In this document: positions 51,386-64,000 of the stretch, piece by piece
Numbering within the stretch: position 1 is the first letter of the stretch
Layout of the letters: the number at the start of each line of letters is the position of its first letter
Assembly (NCBI GenBank): GCA_964016885.1
Contig: OZ024742.1
Coordinates: forward strand, 150,164,001 to 150,228,000
DNA length: 64,000 nt
Direction: 5' to 3'
Origin: Eledone cirrhosa
Taxonomy: Eukaryota
Translations under genes and position numbers: made by a program
The notes under the pieces: generated by a model
Told to the model about the DNA's origin: nothing
The model's database searches: none
What the model saw: the letters and a program-made list of their open reading frames with translations, nothing else

Positions 51386-54300
51386 TATCATCATCATCAT
51401 CATCATCATTTTGCGTCCGCTTGCAAGGGTGGGACGGTTCTTATTCAGCACAGCATCTCTCCACTTGTCACGGACTTTCGTCATCTCCACCGTGAGCTTC
51501 AGTGATCTGAGGTCTGTTCTCACCACCTCCGCCCCTGTTTTTCATGGTCTACCTCTACCACGTCTTCCTTCAACTGGCATTTCTTAGCACTTCTTCACCC
51601 ATCGGTCATCCTCCATGCGCATCACATGTCCATACTACCGCAGTCTCCTCTCGCGCACACTACAGTCTATCCCTCTCAGACACAGTTTCTCTCTCAACAC
51701 ATCCATGCTGGGTTATTCACGCACATTGACACTGCACATCCAACGGAGCATGCTTGCCTCATTTCTCTCCAGCCGTTGCATATCCTCTGCAGTTGCTGCC
51801 CATGTTTCACTACCATGCAGCATCGCGCTCTTCACACAGGCATCATATAACCGGCCTTTCAGCAGAGGAAGCAGCTCCCTAAACTTCTTCCAACCCATCT
51901 TTATTCTAGATACTACGGCCTTGGAACACCCCCCTCCCATGCTAATCTGATCTCCTAGGTACTGGAAGCTATCCACCACTTCTATAGCACCCGCCTGCAT
52001 TTGAAAATTGTCTATCAATGCAACTTCTGCTGTCTAATTTCCCTGTACATCTACTGCATGCGTATTTCTCCATACCTGTTAGTTTGCCTGCTATCCCGCT
52101 ACATCTCTTGTGTACCCAGGATCTGCATTGTGTGCATTTTATAGAATTTATGCCAGTTACTTTTCTGCATATCGAGCATGGCCATTTCCCTGATGGAATC
52201 AGAGTTTTGTCCTCTTTTCTACTCATCAACACTTTTGTCTTAGCTATGTTCACTCTCAGTCCTCTTGATTCCAACTGCTGTTTCCATAGCCAGAATTTAT
52301 TCTCTAGCTCCTCTACTGATTCTGCTATAAGAACCAGATCATCAGCATAGAGAAGTTCCCATGGACTGCCAGTCTTAAACTCCTCTATTATGGCTTGGAG
52401 GACTATAGTGAACAAGAGCGGGCTGAGGACCGAACCTTGATGTACTCCTACTTGTATCTGGAATTCCTCACTAAACTCCATTCCTGCCCTGACTTTACTG
52501 ACAGCACCTCTGTACAAAGTTTGCACTGTCCTCACAAGCCATTCCTCAACACCTAGTTTCCTTAGGGACCAGCAGATGACAGATTGGGGTACCCTATCAA
52601 AGGTCTTCTCTAGGTCAACAAAGGCTAATATAGTGGCTTATTCTTTAAGAACCTCTCTTGTAATTGTCTCACAAAGAAGAGGGCATCTGTTGTACTTTTC
52701 CCAGGCACAAAACCAAACTGCATCTCATCTAATTTGACCCTTTCTTTAATTAGTTGTGCTAATATCCTTTCTGCCACTTTCATAACCTGATCCATCAGTT
52801 TTATACCACTATAATTGCTCCTCTCCAGAGCATCCCCTTTACCTTTGTAGAAATTTATGAGAATACTGCTGCACCAGTCTTTGGGTATGACACCACCATA
52901 TATAGCCTGATTGATGATGCATGCAACCAGTTTAGTGCCTACATCCCCTGATGCCTTCACCATCTCTGCAACTATCCCCGATGGTCCAGCAGCCTTACCA
53001 TTTTTCATTTCCTTAATCGCCTCTTGGACCCTATATTCGTCAATCTCAATAGCTGGTCCCTTTGTCGGATCTACTGAGGGTAATTTCTCTCTCTCCCATT
53101 CGTTCTCCACATTCATCAGTCTCTCATAATGACATTTCCAGGCCTCCTTTTTCTGATCATTCGTGACACTAAGTACACCGGCATCATTCCGGACACATTT
53201 ATCTCCAACAACATCCTGATTTGCATTGACACACTTCCTTGCAATGTGGAACACTGCACGCCTCTGATCTTCCCGTCGCAGAACATTGGCAAACCTCCTA
53301 CTCTCAGCCTCCCTGCGTGCTAAGTACACCTGACGTCTAGCTTCTCTCTTAGCGGCTGTATATCCTTCTCTACTCACACCCTTTTTCCAAGCCTTCCATG
53401 CTAGTCTTTTGTCTCTAATGGCCCTATTTACTGTGCTGTTCCACCACCAGGCCACTCTCTGTCTGGTTGGAGCTCTGCTCCAGCCACAAGTTCCATCAGT
53501 AGCCTGCAGTAAGTTGTAACGTAAGAAAATCCAGTTATTATCTATGTCATACGACTCTAAATCGTCTTCTTTTTCATCATACACATCTTGAAGGGCTTTC
53601 TTAAATTTGTATTTTAGTGAAAGGTCTTCTCCACACCTTCTTGTATGTCTCATTCCAACTCTTGCTTACTGAGACATCACTAACGACTAACTGTGGGGTA
53701 CATTCTTCTTCAAGGTATGCCTTGGTATTTGACACCATCTGCCTGTCCCGCTGCCTAACTAGTAAGAAGTCAATTTGGCTTATGTGCTCGCCTGATTTGC
53801 AGGTTATTAGGTGGTTGGCAGGTTTCTGGAAGTTAGTGTTGCAAAGAGTCAGTGTACTTGCATCACAAAATTCAAGAAGTCTCACTCTTTCTTCATTTCT
53901 TGAGCTGTAACCATGCCCACCATGTACCTCAGTGTAATCATCCTGGAGCTGTCCAACATGACCATTGAAGTCCCCTGCTAGCATAACGATGTCTCCGTCC
54001 TCTGTCATTGCGGCTGTTTGTAAAAGTTGCTCATAAAAGCAGTCTTTCTCTTCTTTGCCTAGGCCTGCTTGGGGAGCATAGGCAGAGATGTTTGTCAGTA
54101 GTCTCCTGCCTACAATTAATCTAAGCTTAATTATTCAATTATTAACTCGAACTACCTCTATTGTCTTATTGATCCATCTCTCAGCCAGGAAAATGCCTAC
54201 TTCCCCTAACCCATCATCCTTACCTACCCAGAAAAGCTTATAGCTAAGATATTTGCCTGTGACTAGTCTCGCAGAGGCACCTCTCCATCTCACCTCTTGC

Positions 54301-54420
54301 ACACAGCACCCATCCACATGCCTTCTCTCCAGCATCTCCTCTATTTCACCAGATCTACCTGTTTTTTTGTCGTGACACCTACACAATCTCATTTGTTTCG
54401 GCCTGGATGTTGTGGGACCA
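51386..54420 (-). mobile_element. RTE LINE, degenerate near-full-length copy
   Basis: Broken ORFs 54135..54392, 53601..54008, 52625..53653, 51969..52535 and 51713..52018 carry APE and RT motifs; (GAT)n tail on the minus strand near 51390. Confidence 0.93.
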
Positions 54421-54499
54421 ACATAACTTTACATTGAAAGGGGCGGTGTGGATGGGGTGGAGGTGGTGGGACGGGGGTGTGTTTTGATAGAGATGCCTA

Positions 54500-57400
54500 C
54501 TGACTGTAGTAGGTTTTTACTTTGTATTTAGGTAAGGCAGGTCTTCTCTATTACTGAGTACCGCCAAAGGTCTCGGTCCAGTGACATTGTCTTGGAGAGG
54601 TGTAAGCGTGTGAGGTCGGAATTTATCAGCTCGTCCCATGTTTTTCTGGGTCTGCCTACTCCGTGGCTACCGTCTATCTTTATTGCCCTGCACTTTGTTA
54701 TACAGCTGTCGTCTTTCATGCGCATCACGTGACCGTACCAACGTAGCCTTCTCTCGAGTAAACAACATCTGATCCTTCTTATTTCTAATTTTTTCCTTAG
54801 TTCGTTTATGCTTTGCCATTCACGTATATTACTATTGCACATCCAGCGGAGCATGCAGGCTTCGTTCCTCTCTAGTCTGCGTATATCCTCTGCACACAAT
54901 GCCCAGGTCTCACTGCCATGCAGCATTGCTGTTCGTATGCAGGCATCGTATAACCTGCCTTTCATTTTTAGGGAGAACCCTCTAGCGGCTAATAGTGGTA
55001 TAAGCTCTGAACTTTTTCCATCCAGTTCTGACTCTAGCTACTGTACTTTCAGAGCACCCTCCCCCACTGCTGATTTTGTCACCCAGGTAACGGAAGCTGT
55101 CCACTATTTCTATAGAACCCTCTGCGCAGTTGAAGGAGCTAGTATTTTGTGGGCACTTGCTGCTACTTATTGCACCAGAGCACCGGCCACATGTAAAATC
55201 TATGTTCTTAGTTAGCTTACCTGTGATCCCACTACATCTTTTATGCACCCATACTTTGCATTTGGGACATAAAATGGAGTTTCTACCTACGCCTTTCCTA
55301 CACACTGAGCATGGCCATTTCCCAGATGGGACTGCCGCCTTATTTTCTTTCCTACAAACTAGAGCTTTAGTCTTAGCCAGGTTAATTTTAAGGCCTTTTG
55401 ATTCTAGGCCGTGCTTCCATGTTTGGAATTTCTTCTCTAGTTCGGTCATTGATTCAGCTATGAGCGTTAGATCATCTGCGTATAGGAGTTCCCATGGGCA
55501 GCCGGTCTTGAACTCCTCTGTTACAGCCTGAAGGGCAATAATAAATAGTAGGGGGCTAAGAACAGAGCCCTGATGGACACCAACTTTTACGCTAAACTCT
55601 TCACTATATTCGTTGTTAATTCTAACCTTACTGACTGTTTCTTTATACATGGCTTGTATAGCTGTCACAAGCCATTCGTCAACACCTAGTTTTCTAAGAG
55701 ACCACCAGATAATGGAACGGGGGGACTCTGTCGAAGGCTTTCTCCAAGTCGACGAAAGCTAAGTATAGGGGTTTACTTTTAGCTAGGTACTTCTCCTGTA
55801 GTTGTCGTACAATGAAAAGAGCGTCTGTGGTACTTTTGCCTGACACAAACCCGAACTGCATTTCATCTAGATCAATTCTCTCTCTGATTAGTTGCGCTAT
55901 TACTTTTTCCTTGACCTTCATGACATGGTCGATTAATTTAATGCCTCTATAGTTACTCCTATCTAGGGCATCTCCTTTTCCCTTATAGCAGTTAACGATG
56001 ATGCTGCTACGCCAGTCCTTCGGAACAACCCCATTCTGTATGACTTGGTTAACTATCCGGGTGACCATGGTGTGTCCCACCGAACCAGATGCCTTCAGCA
56101 TCTCAGCAACTATTTCCGAAGGACCAGCCGCCTTACCCGTCTTCATATCTTTGATTGCCTTGCTTATTGTACTACCCTGGACTAACACTGCTGGTCCCTC
56201 TATTGGGTCGATGTGGGGGAGACTGTCTTTCTCCCATTTGTTCTCCTCATTTAGAAGCCTTTCGTAGTGACACTTCCAAGCTACCTTCTTATCAGTGTCG
56301 GTGATGGCAAGTATGCCATCATCGTTAAGTACACACTTCTCCCCGACAATATCACGGTTTTCCTTGACACATTGCCTGGCAATCCTGAACACCTCACGTT
56401 TTTGGTCCTCACGTTGTAGAACATGCTTGAACTTTCTTTCCTCTGCTTCCCTTCTTGCGAAGTACACTTGTCTCCTAGCTTCCCTCCTGGCCACTTGATA
56501 GTCTTCTCTACTTCCCCCATCCCGCCATGCTTTCCAAGCCTGCTTTTTGGCCTTAATTGACTCCTCCACCTTACTGTTCCACCACCATGTTACTCTCCTC
56601 CTACCTACAGGCCTGCTCCAGCCACAGACTTCGTCTGCCGCCGTCAGCAGGTTTGCTCTCAGGAGTTCCCACTGTTCCTCTATATTATACGACTCTACTT
56701 GCTCTTCCTTACTGTCGAAAGCGTCAAGTAATATGCTTTGAAATTTATTTCTGGCTATGGGGTCCTTTAGCTTCCATATTTTTCTCCTGAGGATAGTCCT
56801 CTTCCGCTGTCTAGTACGGCTCGTCCTGACTATGAGGTCGCTAATTATCAGTCTATGTTGGGAGGTGAATTCTTCATGGGGGAGGGATTTAGTGTTAACA
56901 ACAGACACTCTGTCACGTCTTCTGGTAAGGATATAATCTACCTGGCTTGTGTGTTCCCCCGATCTATAGGTGATCAAGTGATTGTCTCGTTTTTTGAAGT
57001 TAGTGTTACAGATAGTTAAGTTATTTGCGTCGCAGAATTCCAGGATTCTGGAGCCTTCCTCATTTCTAGTACCGAACCCATAGCCTCCATGGATTCCGTC
57101 ATAGCCGTCACAATGTTGTCCAACGTGACCATTTAGGTCGCCTGCAATAACTATATAGTCACTGTCGGTTATTTGGGAGGTAGCGAGCATCAGTGTCTCG
57201 TAGAATCTGTCTTTTATAGCGCCGGGCAGTCCGGATCGGGGTGCGTACGCAGATATTACTGTCACCGTAGTTTTATTGAGGACAAGTCTTATTTTAATTA
57301 TTCTGTCGTTCACTCTATTTACGTCTATTATCTTATCTGCCCACTTTTCTGCTACCATGATTCCTACCCCACCCAACCCATTGTCATTTCCCACCCAGAA

Positions 57401-58150
57401 AAGCTTATAGCATCGTTCTTTACCCACGATGAATCTAGCCTCCCCTCCCCTCCACCTGGTCTCTTGAATACAACAAACATCGACCTCCTTACGTTCAAGC
57501 ATTTCTACAACCTCGTTAGAGCGACCCTTTAAGGTGCCTACATTCATGGTACCAACTCTGAAGTTTTGGATTGCGTTTGGAGGGTGGGAGCGGTGGGGCG
57601 CGGGGGGGGGGGGTTATGTTAGCCATCCTGGGCCGAAACAAGGAGGAGTGCTTGCATTCTCGTCCACGAGGTGAATTTGGCTTTATCTTTGGCATTTTCG
57701 CTCTGAGCGTCCACATTTTTCTCTCTTCAACTCTCCAGAATTCCGTAGTCCATCCATCATATCGAAAAGCAACCAGTTAAGCGATAGTATGGGCCTCTGA
57801 CTTATGATTGGTCCACATAATAATGGTGGTGCGTGTGGGGGCCGGTGGGAGGGATGATGGGTTGTTAGTGAGAATGTAAGGTTTAAGATAAGATCGCTGT
57901 ATTTTGGGCATAATTTAACAATAAACGAAAATACAAGATTTGTTTTGTTTAAGAAAATGCGATAGAGAAAATGCGGTGATAGGGAAAATATGATTTTTAG
58001 AGAAAAAATATGATATAGAATGGTGAAAATATGATATAGTGTGAACGGTGATAGGGAAAATATGATTTTTAGAGAAAAAATATGATATAGAATGGTCGAA
58101 TATAGATGCGACGTCTTGATATTTTTGTTGTTCCTATATATTTGTTGCTG
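54500..58150 (-). mobile_element. RTE LINE, near full-length copy with 5' region
   Basis: ORFs 55694..57547, 54982..55668 and 54528..54965 (APE, RT with YADD, C-terminus); tandem duplication at ~57974-58096 in the 5' region. Confidence 0.93.
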
Positions 58151-60256
58151 TACACAATTGTTTTGGCATTGATACACTGGTTGGATGCCCTTCCTAACAC
58201 CAGTGCCACTTTACAGTATGGACTGGGTGCTTTTATTCGTGCCACCAGCACTAGAGAGGATGTCTTACTGGACTCATGGGCCCTCTCTACCCCTCCATTT
58301 TACAGCATGGTCATAAAAAAAAAAAACACCACTTATTGACACTCACAACACACACACACTCACTTACACACCAACACTCGTGCATACAAACTACAAACAC
58401 ACACGCCACTCACACACCAACACTCATGCATACAAACACACACACATACATATATTACTGTCAGTACTGATACAAGATCATGTCAACTGTTGACTTTTAC
58501 AGTTCAGTTTTTATATAATAATAATAATTGTTTGCTTTAAAGCATAGAGCAATGGCTCTCCACGCTCCGGGCCGAAAACAAGGTACCAGCAATATGCTGG
58601 GACAATCGCTGTCCCGTGCCAAGAACAGAATAGTTATTTAGTATTATAGTTGTTTTCTTATTCTTAAGGCCTGATCGCTGGTGATAGTGGTGGTGGTGGT
58701 GGATGGTGTCAGTGATGGTGATGGCATTCATTGTCGTTGTTCATTTCACTGATGCTGCTACTGCAGGCAATGGTGTTTTTTGCTGTTGTTGTAGTCGCTG
58801 GGTTGGAATTTTGAAATTTGGTCGTTTCGCGTGTGTGATATATACACATACATATATCTATATATATCTATATACACATATATATATACATACATACACA
58901 CACATTCAACACAGACAATGGTATTGTTGTTGTTGTTGTAGTTGCTGTTGCTGTGTTGAAATCTGGTCGCATCGACTGAGATATATATATATATACATAT
59001 ATATAGTATATACACACACATTCAACACAGGTGTAGATAGGGTAATGACTTATGTGGTGGTGGTGGGGAGCGAGTGTAGACGTTATTGTGGTGGCGGGGG
59101 GGGGGGGGGGCAGTGAGATGTATCAAGTTCATAGTTCACTTGTCCCTTTTCCTCTCTTTTCAAAATTTGAACCTCAGATGGAATTCGATTTCGTGATATG
59201 CTGCCAACAGGAAAAGGCACATGTCCTTTTGCTTGCGCATCCAGCTGACATATGAGTTCCTGAAAGGGTCTCCCAGCCGTCGTGTTCACTGGAGTAAAGT
59301 GCTATCCACGTGTCAATTAGTGAAATCAGAATTCACGCATTCCCCATGGAATTAGGGTCATAAATCATCAAAAGGGCAACCCCTCAAGTATGTTGTATTG
59401 TTCTGTATCAAATGAGAGTCTATGCATAGCCAGAATCCAGTAGATAGAGGAAGCAATCAACGGAAGTCTGAGGGAGGGTGAAGTATATATTTTGTTGACA
59501 GCCACATTCAAGACAACAGCAACGACAACAAACACTGACCAACATTGCCTGCACTGGCCGTTGCAGTCGTAGTGATAGTAATACCCAGCTAACAACAAAA
59601 ACAGCAATAAACAGAACTCTGAGGTAGGGTGATATACACACTCGATGGCAACCATCCTCAAGACAACAACAACAGCAACCCCACCCATTGCCCACACTGG
59701 TCATCACAGTAGTAGTGATATTAGTACCCAGCTAATGGCAGCAAGTACATCCCTACCTGAGAGCCAGGCAGTGGCAACACTAACAACAACAACAGCAATG
59801 AACCCATCACGGTGACGACAACAACAAAAACAGGCCTGGTGGTGCGGGTCGCTGTAAATAAATTCTTACATTAATTATAGTACTAACATAATAATCATGA
59901 CACTCATTGCTTCCACCCTATAGCACAAGGCCATCAATAATCACAGTGCAGAATAATAATAATTAACCATAATAGTAGTTAGTTGTAACTACAATGGTAT
60001 TAATACTATCAACGGTAGCAACCATGTCTGACAAAAAGGGCTGCTAGGCTGTGGAAGTGAACTGTAGGAAGCGAATATAGGAAAAGAAAAAACATACAGA
60101 TATAAATTCAGGTACACATATGGAGAACATAGGAACAAAAGGAACAAATATACATAAATACAAAAGCAGTATACATACGGAGAACAAAGAATAAGAAACA
60201 AAGGGATATAAAACAGGGACCCTCATGTCATGATCATAAGATCCCATGTGTACTCA

Positions 60257-60289
<33 letters not shown>

Positions 60290-61430
60290 GTCTTCTTCTT
60301 CGCCCAGTTATTCCTGGGTGGGTCTGTGGGGGAAGAGTCTTCAAACACTCCTTCCAGTGGGTCCTGTCAGAAGCAACTGTCTCCAGCTTATCCAGCTGGA
60401 TCCCCATCTTGCTCGGGGTCTAACCCTGGGGTTCTCGGGGTCTCCTGCTGGCTCGTTTTGCCTGTAAAATCTGTCCAGCGATTCATTCCTGAGACATTCT
60501 AACCACATACCCATTGTATTGGTGCTGTGATCTCTCAATTTGGAGAAGTAGCAGCTCTACCTGGAGTGATTACCTGATCTAGCTAAGCACTCTATCAATT
60601 GACGTTACTCCCAAGACCCTTCGGAGGAACCCCATTTTGTCTGCTTGTATTTGTGATCATATTCTTTCGGTCAATACCCAAGATGCATGATCATAGGTAA
60701 GGGTTGGAACGAATATAGAATTGAAGATAATGAGTTTGGCTTTTACATCTACCTCCCTTCTTGAACTTCTCTACCTGCTTCAGTTGAATTCCATTTACGT
60801 TGATGAGCATCTCAGTTTTTCCAACACTGGTTTTCATTCCAGTCATACAGCACTTGGCATTAAACCTATCAAGTGAAAACTGGAGATCACCTACTGTTGA
60901 GTTAAGTAACACTATGTCGTCTGCAAATTCCAACCAACTGATTTTACACTCGCCAGTCATGATACCACTTCCAACCCAGCTGCACATGTAAATAATAAAC
61001 AGGAGAGGTGACAGTACGCACCCTTGGCAGAGTCCAACTCCCACATTGAATGGTTTTGATTTAGCACCATTTATCCGAACACAAATAATTGAGTATTTGT
61101 ATAGAGACATCAGGGCAGCAAGGAGTTGAGCATCGATCCCATACTCCTGCAGAACCTTCCACAGCAGGTCCAGAGAAATGCAGTCATATGCCTTTTCAAC
61201 AGGCTCTATGCATCTCTTTGCCAGACACTTAGCATAGACTTTACCATGGAGACTTAACAAGGAGATCCCTCTGTAATTGGAGCAATCTCTTTTGTCTCTC
61301 TTTTTGAAAATTGGAATTATCACTCCCGATTGCCATTGCTTAGATGCCTTTCCAGAGGTCCAAGCCACCTGGCACACATGAGTTAGCTAGAGAATACCTT
61401 CACTATTTAAGGCTGTTCATATTTCAATGA
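60290..61430 (-). mobile_element. RTE-clade LINE fragment (RT region + 3' end)
   Basis: WQSGVIIPIFKK...CSNYRGISLLS...QGCVLSPLLF...FADD. Confidence 0.85.
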
Positions 61431-61619
61431 ACGTCTAACCCACATATCCATTTCTGTTCTTAAAATGAAATAATACATAACTTCAACCAGATAGAACTCG
61501 CACACAAACACTCAGTCAATACACGTTAACCATAGAAATTTTTAATTGATTTTTTAAAAACCTTTATAAAATGGAGACCTTTTATATTTCTAACCTTTTT
61601 AATTGTTGTTTTGATTTAG

Positions 61620-61885
61620 GTGAATACAAAATCGTTCGTGAATGTGAGCATGAATTAGATAAGAATGTTCGCCATCGCTTACAGATGCCAGTTCTGAGAC
61701 GCCATGGATATTGTGTGCCTGCTCGTAAGAATGATCCTCGCAACCCATCTGATTTAACAGATTCTTCAATTGTATACTGCTTCTGCAAAGACTGGAATGG
61801 TTGCAATGCAGCAGTTCCAGTACAAGGATTTTCTCTTTTTAAATTATTTTCAGTTTTCCTCACACTTATTTTTGTATTGCATTAA
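61620..61885 (+). CDS. Ly6/three-finger protein gene, coding exon 3 (CxC...GCN + GPI signal)
   Basis: Acceptor tttgatttag at 61619; EYKIVREC...GYC...YCFCKDWNGCN followed by a hydrophobic tail and TAA; phase matches exon 2. Confidence 0.88.
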
Positions 61886-62009
61886 TTCTACCTTAGCATT
61901 CCACAACTAAACTTCCAAATATTCTCTGTACCATTTTTATCATTTTTATTTTTATTTTGAGTATAAAATCTTACTCTGTAATTCCATATCAACCATCAAT
62001 CTGTCTTTT

Positions 62010-62070
<61 letters not shown>

Positions 62071-62254
62071 CGTGTGTGTGTGAAATGTATGCATTATTTT
62101 AATAAACAAACAATATTAGCTTCAATGTGAAAAGTAAATGGTGGATGTATTGTAGATGCTATTTCTCTGCAGGCAGAAAAACTGGGCTCAATCTGACCAA
62201 CTTCTAGTCTTGTAAGATTTTGAGAAAATAAACCCATATTCTCTCCTCAAACAG

Positions 62255-62450
62255 ATACTTCTTCCTGTTTGTCCACTTATTCCTAACAGGATCGTGGGGG
62301 TAGAGTCCTCGAGTATTCCTTCCAGCAAGTCCTGTCAAAAGCAACTGTCTCCAATTAATCCATCTGGATCCCCAAGCGAGACCAGCGAAGCTGGTCCAAC
62401 CATCTTGCTCGGGGTCTATCCAGCAATTCTTTCCTGAGACATTCTAACCA
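62255..62450 (-). mobile_element. RTE-clade LINE 3' fragment
   Basis: Similar to 25790-26030 and 60290-60510. Confidence 0.7.
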
Positions 62451-63152
62451 TGTTTCTGTAATATTGGAACAGACATGTGATTAGAATGCAGCTCCAACTC
62501 GATAAGGTGAAAAGAAACAAACAAACAAATTAGTAGCTTATATATATTTAAATATCTATAAGCTGCCATCAACCACTATAGGGTTCCGTTCCTCATAGAG
62601 GCCAGTATTGACAGAAGATAAATATATTTTCTCTGATGACAGTATAACAAGACTAAAAATTGGTTAGGTCAAACCCACTTTTTTTCTGGCTAAGGAGAAA
62701 TAATATGATACAACCATAATTTTATGTTTCACAGTGATGCTGAATTTGTTTATTTAAAAAAATATTACTTTCTATTTCAAACGATCCAAAAATTCAAGTC
62801 TTTACTGTATGTGTTAAAGCATTTCTTTTTTGCACCTAAACGAGTTTGTTGTGAATGTGTGTTGGTTTTACAATAAAATTATATTGTGAATATATAAAAC
62901 AAAATGGCTGGTATGATTAGTGTTCAAGGTGATTGAAAATAATGTCATAAGGTCAGATCTTATGAAATATTTGATATATATATATATATATATATATGCC
63001 AAAATCTGGAACGTATGAACAAGATGTGGCCTGACCCATCTAATCTCAGAGTGTGACAATCCATCAAACCCATGCCAATATCGATAGCAGACATAAAATG
63101 ATGCATACAGAATGATTGATATTCATTTTAAAGGGAACTTCATCTTATCAAT

Positions 63153-63196
<44 letters not shown>

Positions 63197-64000
63197 TATG
63201 TACCCAATGTCTTGGACTCCACCAGGTTTAAACTGCCCAAGGCATACTGTATGTTTCTACAGTGCCCCTACAACTTCATCAAGAGTTATGAGTCCTTACA
63301 TTAATACATATATATGCATTATTATATGCTTTCTATGCTGGCTTGAGTTGGACGGGACTTTTGTGGCAGTGTTACCTTTCCTGATGCCAACAAAAGGCAG
63401 GGGTATGGTGTACATATTCTAAAAAGCAAGATACAAAGACACGTATATATTATATATTATGTGTGTGCATAATATATGTAATTTATATGTATGCTATGTA
63501 ATATATTTGTGTATTACATTCTTTGTTTACACATTTAAGAAAATGATTTTTATTTGCAAAAATCTTCATTATCTATTTTTTTAAATATGTATAATATAAC
63601 AACATGATTTATTACGATTTTATTCTTTCTTTTTTTATGTAACAAATATTTTCTAGATATATTTTTGTATTGAAATTACTCAAATTTTTGTAAGGGCCAT
63701 GAGTGTTATCACAACTAATGGAGTGATCTCGTGTGCTGGCTTGTTCATATACCATCCAAGAGCAAGTTGTTCCTAATAGTATTGAAACTCAGATTTATGT
63801 AAACTTTAAAATACCTTGTGAATTGAGAACTGTAAACATTCACCATGTTACTACTTATGTTGAATTGTATAGTTTCAGTGTGTCAAGAGACTTTAGAATG
63901 CTCACATGGAATGATGGTGATGAGAGAATGAATGGTTCAGGTACTGTTACAGGTATTGCACTATGTCCTTAGCAAAATAACCTCAATCCACCTCTCTGTA

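Noticed and set aside
58660-59990. CAA/TGT-rich region with several short ORFs
   Set aside because: Low-complexity intronic sequence with no recognisable domain or consistent splice structure.

Overview
AT-rich, repeat-dense animal genomic DNA, most likely an octopus/cephalopod (inferred from the SINE, RTE-LINE, mariner and (TA)n microsatellite content; not verified). Two host genes are supported: a galactose-3-O-sulfotransferase-family terminal coding exon (5514-6594, +) and a three-exon, 153-aa GPI-anchored Ly6/three-finger (quiver/sleepless-like) gene (36467-36530, 44581-44712, 61620-61885, +) that the ORF track does not assemble. The rest is mostly mobile DNA: a Tx1/L1-like LINE, a full-length Gypsy LTR element with a TSD and a candidate -1 frameshift pseudoknot, several RTE, CR1 and L2 LINEs, a maT/mariner transposon, hAT-type MITEs, many tRNA-derived SINEs, and two Penelope-like (GIY-YIG) elements. 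The main hidden signal is 11 minimal type-I hammerhead ribozyme motifs, plus degenerate and half motifs, from about 8 unrelated sequence families. Most sit in short elements inserted in (TA)n tracts, often as inverted pairs, and most have palindromic helix III. They include a U3-A8 core variant with a ~107-nt helix II and a perfect fold-back centred on a hammerhead helix II. All structures were read by eye; no searches or folding programs were run.
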